Source: Balanoglossus misakiensis
Taxonomy: Eukaryota > Animalia > Hemichordata
NCBI GenBank assembly: GCA_040954595.2
Contig: CM082583.2
Location: 11,173,656 to 11,237,655 of the forward strand
DNA length: 64,000 nt
Direction: 5' to 3'
Each line of letters starts with the position of its first letter. Within the stretch, counting starts at the first letter, position 1. Below the pieces are notes generated by a model. It did not search any database. It saw nothing but the letters and a program-made list of their open reading frames with translations, and was not told the origin of the DNA. Shown one piece after another: positions 25,001 to 38,100 of this stretch. A program made the translations under genes and the position numbers.

Positions 25001-28000
25001 TGCTTCATCAATCTCATTTGCATTTCATCTCGCAGGTCAGTCTCTTGGGATGATATTTTCCCCTAAAGTATCGGCCGCGTGAATCGCGAGGTAATCTTCG
25101 ATGAGGAAAGCCCCCTGTGGGATAATACGGATATCTTTGTATATCCTATTTGAGAGGGTAAATATTATGTCACAAAGGTTAGCCTGTGACGGCTTTCACA
25201 GGATACTACTTCAAGCGTACAAAGTTTGTGTAATAAGTTTGAATGAATAATTGAAAGGTGCAGTACGGTTTGCTGCTCTGATTTACATTGGCAAAAAACC
25301 GGGTGCATGATGTGTGGCATGCGCGCAGTTTTGTACAGTGATTGGCAGGAACCTGGTTAAGTGCGTGTCAGTGACACGCACACAAACCAAAAGAACAGAC
25401 TGGGGGCTATTCTGGATTTCAGAAACTGTCCTTTTATAAAATGAATTACGGAAACACGGTTGATTTGAAAAAAAATATCAAAACAATATGCCCATGTGTG
25501 GACCCGGTATGGATCAAAAAGGGACATGATTGTAGCGTATGGTCGAGGATTAACGCCCATGTTGCCATACACACATGCTGTGTGGAGTGATTAAGTAATG
25601 GTACTGAACACTGTGAAAAAGCGACCTTAATGAATGCATTTTCTGTATAGATAGGTTCAGAAACCTGTAGTACAAACACTGGGTATAGTTGAATGAGCCA
25701 AATTTAGGGAATGTTTCCGAAACCAAATGCCACTTTACACCTATCAAAGTTTCACTCGGAATATTTTTCTAATAATCTTTATCGTTCAGTTTTAGGATGT
25801 CTGAGTGTTTGTATGGAGGTAGCACATAAGGATCACCAGACGGAATTTAATCCTATTAACTCATTTTGTTTGAAAGCATGATAAGATTGCTAACCCATTC
25901 CTATACCATAGATGTACAGGTCTTTCAACTCCACCATAGGTCTCCATGTTGGGGTTTCCAACATCTCCCACAGGTTAATATTTCTTTGATACCTGAGGAT
26001 GTGAAAGTGAGAGAAAGAAAAAATGGTTGTGTATAGCAAATAGGATGACGTGGTTAAGGTAATTTTGGCTCACGCAAGGAACCAAATTCACCTATCTCTA
26101 TTCCCGGTTTCACCCAACAGAGACAACATAATGTGCCATTCAACTCAACAAGAAGAAAGATAGAAGTTTAAGAAAATTTCATAGCTGAGAAAAGGTACTT
26201 ATATAGACAGACTCAGTTTATTTAAAACAACTAAGCTAAGTAGAAACTACAATGTAAGTGAAGTGTCCAATGATATGTTTGGAGCTACTTTTTCCCATAA
26301 AATGTAGAAACTAGTCTCAGATAAGGATTTCTTTTAATACAGTGCCTACACTACATCCTGCACCTCTTCTATTATTGATTAAAGACGGTTGATAGCCTTC
26401 AATGACAATGTCCGTCGATTTCTTAGCAGAAAGTCAGTCGTGTTGGTGATGTTGTGCCTGACGGCAACCGTGGCTCTCTATCTGTTAAATTTTAATCACT
26501 TCAACCAGACAGCCTTTGTGTCGATGTCTACGCGGCTAAAAATAAACGCTGTATTTCACGACCTGCAACAGAGAGTCTCTGCAGGGTTTCTATGTTTTGA
26601 AAAGGTACACGTACAGACGGAAGCTGTGCATGCACGACTTTGTGATCACAATATTCTTTTGCGGGGGTCGCAATTTGAACAAATCCGGCCTATACTCTCT
26701 TTTGCTGCGTAAATACGATTCTACAGGGAATTGCAAGGCGTCATCTTCCATGAGTCTTCCAGCAGAGTACCCCCATGTGCGCTGCCATCGCCCCGGAGAG
26801 GCCAAGTATAAATTCACGCTGTGATGTTTAAATTTGCTTTGCAGATGACCTGCATACGTCAAAGGTATTTTAGATGTAACTCTCGGCTTTTTCTGTGTAC
26901 CGAATGAAACGTCTTGTTCGAGTCCAAACATCACGCTAATATACCCAGTCGAGACAGCCTCGTACATGCAGTATAACGACCATATTGTTATTGATGACAA
27001 ATGAATTCTAGTCCAGACCTGAATTTTGCACAATAACAATGCTGACTATGCATATAGGTTGGGTTGATAAGCAAAATGCTGGGTATTTCATCATTGCAGG
27101 GAGTTAAAAATAAAACTGCACTAGATACACAAAATAAAAATACTGTATACAAACATAGCAAAAAGTTACAGCTAATGGAACAACCACTGAGTTACTGGTC
27201 CCCGGTGATCAGGATTCGACCACAAGGATTCAGTACGCACTGAAAAATGTCTTTGATGAAGTGATACGTCAATAAATTGCTGTTCGACTAGGTGTGGCTA
27301 TAGTGTGCTCAATTGTACATTTATGAGTTTGTTGAATTATTATTCTAATCACGCAACTTCCTCATGTCTCGTCTCGTTATGTTCAAAATAATCCATGTGT
27401 AGGGCTGGTCCACATGCTAGTCGGAACACATAGTAAAAATGACGGGAACTAGACATCATTTGTCATTCTGGAAAGCAGAACACGGGATTTCTCTATAAAC
27501 CCAATAAAAGTCGATTTTACACACGCGAAATTTAGTATGCGTGCACAATGACACCATCTAGGCGAAATGAATCAGCTATATGACCACCGGAGGAAATAAA
27601 AGGAAAAATTCGGTGAAATTGGAGGTTCAATAAACGAGGTTGAATCTATATTACTCCACCACCATAACCGATCGCTTTCATTACCAATCCCATTCAATCC
27701 AATCCAAACCAGCACTATTTCTTTTTCCTGGACAGACTCGTAAACTTAATATAATTCCCTTCATGACCTTTAGAAAAGTGTAGTTGAGTGAAGTGACACG
27801 GACCTGTGCAACTATTTACATTTCACCATTTCAGTTCCCACAAATCAAAGAGAAAAGATTGCAGCTGGACTCTTGCTAAGGGTGTGACTCTGTCATTTCT
27901 AGGAGAGCGAACACATATGCCACAGAAATAAAAAGTAGTCCTTTTGACATTTAATTTAATAGAGATGGCATTGTGTACTGAACGTACAAGAGATCCCAAC

Positions 28001-30562
28001 CTTAATTTTCTATTGGAACGACCACATAATTAAATGTTGTATCGACGAGAATGAGGTCATCCAATTGTTCACTAAATGACCTACGTTGCAAAAAGGTGAA
28101 GGATTCAGTCATTCAGACACAAATGAAATAATTGATGCGTTTTAAAACGAGTGGATTCTCATCCGTCCATATATGCTTGGCAGGACAGCATACATGTCTG
28201 CGTGATAAATGGGAGTTACCTGAATGTAATGGGGTGAAAGATCGAAAATATAATGCAGATAGAAAATTAGAAACGTAAAGATACAGAGCACGGGAATGTG
28301 GAAAATAATAGAATCGAAATTATCTCATCTGTCATTGTTAGTTGTAATATACCACGTGTGCAATATTTGTGAGTATTAAAGCTTACGTTACATGATTTTA
28401 AATTCAAACGAAAAGTATCTTGTGTAAATGGGCTTGCCGATTGAGGCGTGAGTATTAGCTGGTTATCAAACATTGACGCGGATATACAAGTAAATAATTA
28501 TTGAAGAAGTATATAGCACTGTGTCATATGAAACTAAATTAACTCCCTCCCCCAACAAACTGAAAAAATGCTCTGGTGTACCAAAAATCTTTCTTTGCAT
28601 GGCCTGACACGTTTTAGTCACAATTTATAGTTGGATTGATGAAACACCCCGCACCGTCTGTCCGGGATGCTACCCTACTTGCGTCTCCACATTACGACGC
28701 GCACCCGCAGCAGGAGCAACAGAATTTACGGGCAGATGGCCTGGCATGACAGTAGCTTTAATTAAACTTCGGGCGATAATATTCATGGCTTTGTTAACAT
28801 CACAGGAACTGCAAATCAACAGGGACTCTGTACAACTTATCAAGCGGACGGACTCGGCTATCGATGCGCGACCCCTTGAATACACAGCGCCAGCCAGCAT
28901 CATTCCATGAGTGAAGTCTCTTGTTTCACATGCCGGAAAAAAAGCTTCAGTGGCCTTCTTTATAATGGAATTCCTAATGAAATACTAACTATTAAACGAT
29001 CCAGGTTGATTGGGTGATTTCAAAGAAAAGTTAATATTCTGAACACAATTTCCTGCAATAAAATGTAACAGATATATATACCGGTATATACATGCACGTA
29101 TGTCTGTTCTCCTTTTAACGCGTATAAATTTCTGCGCGCCGAAAAAAAATTATTTCACTCCGACTCAATCCAAATTTTAACAAACAAAATTGACACAAGC
29201 GTGCTCTGCATACTGAAGTTAGGTTTAGGCACTGAAAATGCTATCTGCAGTGAAAGAAGTCCCTGTTACACTTGGGCACTAGCTTATTAACGATTGCAGG
29301 CCAATATTCTCCTTATCGGCATCTATCGGTTCTCGAGAGACTCGCCGCAACAGGGGATGTGGTTTTAACATTTTTAAAGATGCTTACAGGAGAGATGATA
29401 CCCAGAGGAAAGAATATTTTCCCGTGAGAGATTATGTAAGTATTACCAAACTGTCAATAAAGGATTATCGGCACGACTATTTCATGCATCATTACTCTCA
29501 TGATTTCAATGTCATGAAGTGGTACTCACAGTGTGTATCGACTTGTTATAGCACTCACACAAGAAAGTTATATGTAAATTTTACAATATGGCCGCCGTTC
29601 ATACAACCAGACATGTGCTGAATTTGCCCCGGTGGTTGGACTATTATTAATCATTTGCAGATATGAGACGATAAAGATAAATTAAATGGCTTTCACTGAT
29701 ATTCTTCAAATGCTCTGTTTGAATTTGCCTGATGTTTTCTACACAATAGGTCAGCGGCATTGCGCGTTCCTCCAAGAAACACAGAAGCTTTCATGGCGCA
29801 GATGGAAAACTATTATATTCCAAGGAATAGCACAACACAACTAATCGCAGATAGGATGAACTGGTTATGCAATCAAGAATAAAATATTGCTTGGAGGCCG
29901 GGGTGTGCAAACTGAAGCCTATAAGAGAGGATAGGCATGATTAAAAAATATTTCAACTCCGACGCAATCGAGACCTGACCGTTGTACACACAGAAACTCT
30001 GATGGTGTCCTGGATTAATATTTGCCGACTAATTACGTTCCAAGGAGTTGTCGGTCTTCTGGATGTGTGACTGTACTCTCATCAAAAAAGGAATTACATC
30101 TTCCACTCTGATCAGAGTTATACTTTCAAGTGGCACTCATGCAAAGGACGACCTCTGAAAAGTGAAACTTCAAGCTTATATATTGAAAACTCTGGTGGAA
30201 ACTACATGTTCACCATTGCACCTTGCTACAACCCTGGACAGGAAGTCCCACAATGCCCGTGTTCTTCGGCAGCTCAATTTACTCTTTGGTCTCACTACAT
30301 TCAAAATTGATACACACTTTGGTAATAGAAGCTGCAGACAGGATGAATATTGCAACGTATGCGTTGCCCCTTCTCATAAAATACGTACAGCAACTAAGGA
30401 TCATTCACATATGTGAGTGTGTTAATATTTCAGTGTAATTTCCTTGTCCACTCAGCGAAAACATCAATCTGATTTCCTGGCAAATGCAGAAATTGCCTGC
30501 AACTTGGAATGAAGGGGCCGCTGATAATAACAACACGCGCATGGCAAACAAAATATCTTCAT

Positions 30563-30583
30563 GGGGGGGGGGGGGGGGGGGGG
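30563..30583 (+). repeat. G21 homopolymer (G-quadruplex-capable); similar C14 at 11187-11200 and C16 at 49328-49343
   Basis: Directly visible. Confidence 0.85.
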
Positions 30584-33500
30584 TGTTAAGCTGTATTTCA
30601 ATTCTTGTGCAAAGATTGACACTAAAGCTTCAGTCATTCTCATTTTCATGTTCTGTCACCATATGTCTCACAACTTTAAATGGACAGAATATTTCAATTT
30701 AGATTGTTTTACTTCGTTTTTGGGTGGCTGGAACAGGTATATTTTATGGGGAGAGGGGAGATAAATTCTTCGTCGAGTGCACTTTCGAACCTGGACATGT
30801 AAAAAAGTGTAGTTGTTCTAACATTCAGTATTCATGGTTGCTCTTCTAGATATGTCTGCCACATCTTTCAGGTGTAAAAACATTTTGTATGACACTCATG
30901 CGGCAGCTAACACTGTCCCCACATTGCGTTTATCTTGTCCACATGACTTACATGTATCACTTTTTTGGTGTTAATTAAAAACGAACAAGGTGGGATACAG
31001 TGAAAATCTCCATCTTTTCCGTGATCACTTGATGGGAAATGACAGGACGGTTGGACTGGCTTCTGATTAGTCATCCCAGGGGAGCTGAGTTGTGCTAAGT
31101 AAGGTGAATTTAACAGCGGTGCGCTAGCGACAATAATTACTGTCAAACACATTCATCTTTTATGATGGCTATGCGCGCCATGCAAGAACTAGTTGTTACC
31201 TGTGCATGCGATCGAAAGTTGCAACAGCGGGAAAGGGCAGCTGACTTGCCAAGGGAAGGTGAATTGACAAAGGTTTATCTTTACATTATCAGCGGGTTGT
31301 GCACATTCACCACGCTATAGTTCTAGACGTACAATTATTTACATGGCATCAATCTGGCACATCAAAATTATGTCATTGAAGTATTCTTTCATCTACCCCA
31401 TCTACAACAAGCAGGCTCTGAACATTAAGGCCCTGACAGTTTTCCATTCCAGATTCCCACATTGTTTTTTGTTAACATTGCAGTCCCTTGCTATCTATTA
31501 TTTCTCAAGTTAATTCATTTGCTTTTGTACACAGCGTTTAAACGTGTCACACTTTCATTAAAATGTTCAGTTAACTGAATAACAAGCATGATTATAATTT
31601 CTGAAATAACCATATGCCAAAATCCAGCCGCATTACTCTCTCTTTAAATAGAGCATGGGCGACCAAAATTTATCAGTTTAATGCCTTGCTACACTAACAC
31701 AGCTATTTTAGGATGTGGTTAAATGTGTCTGACAACGCTCGTATTTCTATGGGCCTAGAAAGCCTTGGTAACACCATTGAGTTTGCAGACGTATTTTTTT
31801 CTAGTGCGGGAATTCTGACCTCTCGTGGGAGACACGATCAAGTTTTACGAGCACAGCGTTTTACGGCTTAATTCCGCTCGGCCGAGAATTTCAATGGCAA
31901 AATGAATGTTCAGAGTCGAGAACTAGACACAGACAAGAATTCAAATTGGTTCTGAAGTTTTAAGTGTGAGAGACAACATGTGTGACTTGTGCTCATTTGG
32001 AACAAATCCCCATCTGCAGCTGCGCCCCCTATCGGGCTGCCACACCATAATGGTAAATTATTCATTTATTGCCAAGCATCATATTTATCGCATGACGTGT
32101 AAGTGACTGCGATAGATGTCTCCGATATCGTCTTTCAAAGATATGACCTCCTTTGGCAAAAACAATATTTGACTTCTGTGTATGTTGTGGTGCCTCAGTG
32201 AAGGTAGTTGTGGATGAGTAATGGCGGACCTATATATGTATCCCCGGCCATTAAAGATAAGCTTGGCAGCCTCGTATTTCACCAATCGGTTGCTAAGGAG
32301 ACACAACGCTGATTCGCGTCATATGACTTCCGACGCTAAGAAAGACTGATTTTCGTTGGGTTTTTTTCTCAAAATTTCAGTTGACATTTACAATTTTGTA
32401 TGGCCGGTGCACGTTTATAGTGCAGTTTACATTTTGTTCATCGGAAGAGAGCTTCGGCTGAATACATGCGAAAATTTAGACACTCAGGGTACTCCTCATC
32501 AGTATGAATGGAAGGCAATCACATTTTTCATGCCCCACGCCTGAGTCAAGAGGCAACATTTTGCACTCAAGAAAACATGAAGCGAAAAGCTGACTATCCA
32601 GCATCTCAAGTTGATATGCATTCTTGATTTCGCTAAATCGACGCATATCAAGAATGAACAGAGGGGAACCGTCGTGTCTCATGTTTGTTAGTATCTGAAA
32701 CGATATCGAAGAGAAGAAAGGTGAATGTACTAAAGACATCAAATGCAATATGCACCCACTACAGATGTAACATGCGCTGTTTCCAGTATTCTGGTTCTAC
32801 TAAGAAATGTTGAACAACATTACTAGCTGTTAGCCAGTCAACATAGCCGGTATATGGAAAGTCAGTTTTCCACCGTCGTTAATTAAGTACCGCCTGGTGT
32901 GTGCTTAAATTCAATTGTTGACAATGCAACCGTATGCTCCCTTCATGTAGATTGTTTAACGACATCAAAACCATTGAATAATACAATTATACAAGGTAAC
33001 GTATTTACCCGAGGAGTAAACTTGTTAGAACAGCTTTGGAGAAAAGAAAACCACTTGAAGAAGATACATAGAGCACAAACGCTGAAAATTATATAAGAAA
33101 AGACAGCCATTGTCCCTCTAAACTTAAATATCCCACCGTACAGAAGAAGTCAAACTGCGGCACCGTGTCAGTTCGAAAGACAAAAATGTACTGCAATAAA
33201 CGTAAATTATCTTTCATTATCGACGCGACTATTAGTTCGAAGCTCTACCCCCCATATAGAAATTGATTTTCAGTAATTGCTCTATCGCCGCACATTTGTC
33301 TTCTTGTTGCAGCAGTTTGGAGAATGACTGTTTAAGGGACTGGTCAGTTTTTTCGGTGGGGTGTTCAGTTTGCTTTCCATTTGTGCATGATATGAGTTAT
33401 TGAGTTTATATAATAATATCTAGTGCCCCCTTCCCGCAGGGTTGTTCTGTGCAAGGACACAGGGAATTACTTGCCCTGTACACATGACTGAACAGGGTCA

Positions 33501-34037
33501 CTCAGTTGCTGAATGTGAGGAGCCAGCAGTGTGACAGTTTGAATCCGCCACTGCCTGAATTTCAATGCATGGCTTACATCTATCGCCCGGCCGGATGCAA
33601 CAGAAGCTTGTACATGCATTGCATCTCCGAAAATGAGCAGATCACACACGCATTGTGACCACATTCAGAATGTGCAGTGTGTGTTCATGAAAGGCACATA
33701 TCAAGATTGATTTTGTTGTATGCGTGACATTTGTATTAAAGGTCATTGTGAATGTCACTGTGTGCATGTGACTGAACATGCAAGTCGTACAATGAGGTGA
33801 GGACAGAAGTACCGGTATGTACCGGTATACAAGGTTGTGATGATTTCCGTTTCTCGGAACTGGATGATACGGTATGTTCAATGGCAGCCCTGAATTTTAC
33901 GAGTTTAGTTTATTGGTTAAAGTCTCAAACAGAATAAACTCTGCTGCAGGTGAATATGTTTTCATGCACTCATCAACCTGTTGAATGTAGCACACCACTT
34001 TGACTATAATAAATCAAAATGATTCAGTACTCAAGGG

Positions 34038-34380
34038 CAAAGATCACCTGGATTTTAAATTCACATTAAAAAATCAAAGGTCACTTAGATTTTAACTTCA
34101 TGCAATCATTTCTTATTTGGTGAAATGTAATAAATGTTGAATACCACGTAAACCCATGCAACCCTGTGTGATATATTTCGAAGTTTAAATAGATTTAAGA
34201 GATAAAAGCATTCATTTTAAAAATCAAAGGTCACACGGATTTTAAATTTACGCAAACATTACTTCTTTGGTAAAATGTCCTATTTTACTGGTGTACGACT
34301 TGAACCAGTGTAAAGATGTGATTTATATTTCGAAGATGTTGTAAAATGTTTAAGAGCAAAAAAAAAGTTCAGTAAAAATC
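34038..34380. repeat. Diverged 150-bp tandem repeat (2 units plus a partial unit)
   Basis: aaatcaaaggtcac..gattttaa at 34071 and 34221 (period 150), with shared tttggt.aaatgt, atatttcgaag and tttaagag. Partial copy caaagatcacctggattttaaatt at 34038. Confidence 0.75.
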
Positions 34381-34885
34381 ATTTATTGTGCAGTACTAGG
34401 TAGTCTGCGCGGGGATATGATGCGTGCTTTAAAAGTCCCTAGCGTAGTAATACTAAGGTGAGCAAGAACGTCATGAATCATTCCACAGAGTCAGGATGAC
34501 TGTGCTTTGTGACGTCACCAACAAGACATACAGTCCCTGGATAGTAAAGCCACGAAGTAAAGGGAAAAAATACCCTGGGGTGGGGCAGAAAAGTCTGCAT
34601 AATGACCCTTGACCTAGTCCTAGCATGACAGATGACGAGACCATTCTCATCACTCGAGAGAACTTGGGGACACAGAGACATTTGGGAATGTCAATGCCCA
34701 GAGTATGATCTGTCATCTGATGAAGAAAGTCGTTCGTATTCTGTCAGTGGTGCCCCTTCGGAAAGAACAAATCTGTCAAACAGTTACCAGGGTGATGTGC
34801 TTTACTAGCAAATATGGAATACTTTTTTGACAAGTCGTAAATTGACACATTGAGTTTATCCTCCATAGGTATATCTGAAAGGTTA

Positions 34886-35158
34886 ATGTATGTATGTATG
34901 TATGTATGTATGTATGTATGTATGTATGTATGTATGTATGTATGTATGTATGTATGTATGTATGTATGTATGTATGTATGTATGTATGTATGTATGTATG
35001 TATGTATGTATGTATGTATGTATGTATGTATGTATGTATGTATGTATGTATGTATGTATGTATGTATGTATGTATGTATGTATGTATGTATGTATGTATG
35101 TATGTATGTATGTATGTATGTATGTATGTATGTATGTATGTATGTATGTATGTATGTA
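34886..35158. repeat. Perfect (ATGT/TATG)~68 tetranucleotide microsatellite
   Basis: Directly visible. It explains the YIHT/MYVC ORFs. Confidence 0.98.
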
Positions 35159-38100
35159 CGGTACAAGTTGAATTTTCATTTGTCAGCTTACATAATTTGC
35201 ATTGCATCATCTTCCACGTGCTTCATTGAAAGTGATTGAACGATCGAGGTATAATAATGATGGAAATCACATGGAGAGAAATTCAATACATATTTATTCC
35301 TGCAGTGAGAAGTTTATCAGAAAAATTTCCCGTTTTGTTATGCGAGTTCTATAGAGTCGCAAGGGAATTTTTGAGATGATTCGGTTAGTGCTGCCACAGA
35401 CTGAACCCAATTATACTGATTATATTCAGTTGAATTTCAGGGCAATATGACCAAGCGGGTAGAATTTTTTATTGATGGTTTACAGTGTCAGGAATCCGAT
35501 GAAAGTAACAAATGTTTACTATCATCATTCCATGTCATTTTGAGTGACAGCTGGCAGAATACTACATCGGCTGCCTTGTGAACTCTACAAAAACCACTGT
35601 CGAACCTGTTTTTTGCATCAATAACCGACTTAAAGCTAAACAAATCAGGGACGTTAAACCCTCCAAAGCTGATATCAGAATTATTCATTAAATATACGGT
35701 AGGTCTAATATCTTGGTGTTATATGGCAATGTGGGCCAGATAATATGCACATTTGGTGGCATTATGACTTGTGATACTCATGCGCGTCACTCAATCCAAA
35801 CAATGGACGGATTGAGAGATAAGCCTACTCTATAGGCCCAAAGCCCTTTAGCACTTGAAGATAACAGCACTCCATGGTCAATTATGCAAAGGTGAATCAA
35901 ATTGAATCTTGCAACATCAGCAGCGAGAAAATGGATCTCACGGCTGATAAACTGGTCAAGGCAACTGCTGAGTAGGCGTGTACCCACAAAGAGATTCATA
36001 TGTGATAGGAACGAACGTCATGGAAGACATCTATGTAATCTTTATGTCAGTAGAGTGATATTTCTCACCGTGAATGAAGCAATATTCTAGGCACATGTAT
36101 TGACATTTACTGGTTGGAATTCATATCATGAAAGTGACTCTGAGTCCTTCTCAACTGAATCCGTCATAACCTCTGGTGCACGTAACACCCACACATTGGA
36201 CACGCAGGCAAAAGCGTGTTTGCCCGATGCTTGGATACAAGCAGAATCCATCAGCCTCCTCACTGCCTGTCCGTCGTCCACATTTTTTCTCCACTGATTT
36301 TGTCCCCAAGGAACTGTTTGCGGAGCATCACTATATGAATTCTCAGCTCTAGGATCAACAAAGAATTAATTGCAACAGCCATTTAATTGCTTTTCCCATT
36401 TTAATTTGTTTTCGTGACACAAGATGGGAACACCTCTCTTTGTGGCTTACAAAACGAGACCGCTCACTCACAGTACCCTGTTGTCAAGAAACACATCAGA
36501 ACCTGATCACTAAAATGCCCAAGCCATCATGATCGCAGCAACAGTTATCTCTGGCAAATTTGTGATAGTGATCAATTTTCAATAATGCAACTATAGAGAA
36601 TTTATGAGAATCGGTGGGTCAATGCATAAGTTGTTATCAAAAACTTAATTCTCTTGTGTGGCACGGCTGTGACGTTTAATCCACTTGATTGGGTTTTATG
36701 TGACCCTTAACCCCCTACGAGACCTAGTACCATCTCCTGATGAACAGGACAAATTACTTGTAGTCGTGTCCTCGGTATAATAGTCATCTCGATATCAAAG
36801 ATCAAATGAATTAAATCCCATTAGTAAGTCTGCTGATATTGGTCTATCAATAGCTGCTTTTAACAGTCACACTCCCTGGCGGTGCGGGATATCCTTTCTG
36901 ATTCTACTAAAATGAAGATTTTATTTAGATTGAAGCGATAAACAATGTCTTCTCGAAATTAACCGTTTGTGAGAGGGGAATCCAATCCCTGTTGGAATGT
37001 CTTATATATTTTTTACAACATTCCCCATCGTCTCGCTGTATTGATGGTGCAAATCTCTTTCAGTGCACACAATAGAGTAAGTCTGCGTTTCAGTCTAGAG
37101 TGTATGCACAGCAGCAGTTGCCGGCTGTGGAAAGATTCGTCATTAACAGCCGTGATAGCAAGCTTCCTTTCATAACTATATGATACATGAAACATTTTGC
37201 ATCTAATGAAAAGAAATTCACAGTAAAAACCGTGTTGAATCCAGTGCGCACCCATTAAGATTTGTGTATCGTTCTTTGCGCCAGAGTTACCATGCTGCGA
37301 ACCATTAGCATCCCGTTGACAAGTAAGAAAACGATTTCGTGGATCATCTGTGGTCCGCCCGGCCGACTGACCATCTATAGCTGTAGTCTCATTCACATAC
37401 CTGTCTGTCAAACTCTCTGGATGCACCAATTACATTTTATATCTTTTTGTATTGATATGATAACTTCCAGGATCACAACAGATACTCCAACCACCCGTCT
37501 GTGCATCCATCCATCCATTCATTCCTGTTTCAAAAGCAAACCAATTTCTATACTCATGCCTTTTTTTTCATTTGTCGACACCATACAATGCTCACTGCTG
37601 CAGACAAGATGGAAATCTCCCGGAGCGGTACCAAAAGTGACATTTTCCACTGTGGGGTGCGTGAAAATATGACCTTTCCAAGAAAACAGCTTTTGTTGTG
37701 ATCTGGCTCCCCCTATTCCCTTGGAAATTACTGAAAGCCACGTGACAGATACCCAGACCGCAGGATACTAAAATTTGTCTCAAAATGGTCCAAATTCAAA
37801 GGAAGAAATCAGTCGGGAGCGCTAAACTGCTTCCTGAGGCAAGATTCTCCCCAGTGTTCACAGAAGCATGTCTCGAATTTCCCAATAGATTACTGAGAAT
37901 CGCTGAGTCGTCCCTATGTACCCACGTCTTTGAGCGCAAAATTTTACTTCTAAGCAGTACTTTGGAAGAATGTGTCCCACACTACGATATTGAAACTGAT
38001 GAATGTCAAGCCCTGAATATTCGCCAACCATGGAGCAGAAGTGATTTGGACGTCGTTTGACGATGGACATTTCCTCGAGTATGCATTGTTAGGTGTACAG

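Noticed and set aside
27190-27245. tRNA/B-box-like string on the minus strand (gtggtcgaatcc...acca)
   Set aside because: No cloverleaf or A-box can be built; at most a decayed SINE fragment.
30072-30438. Protein-looking open frames (e.g. YTFKWHSCKGRP...GNYMFTIAPC)
   Set aside because: All three plus frames are stop-poor here, with no convincing splice sites or family motif.
34744-35239. ORFs with YIHT/MYVC repeats
   Set aside because: Translations of the (TATG)n microsatellite.
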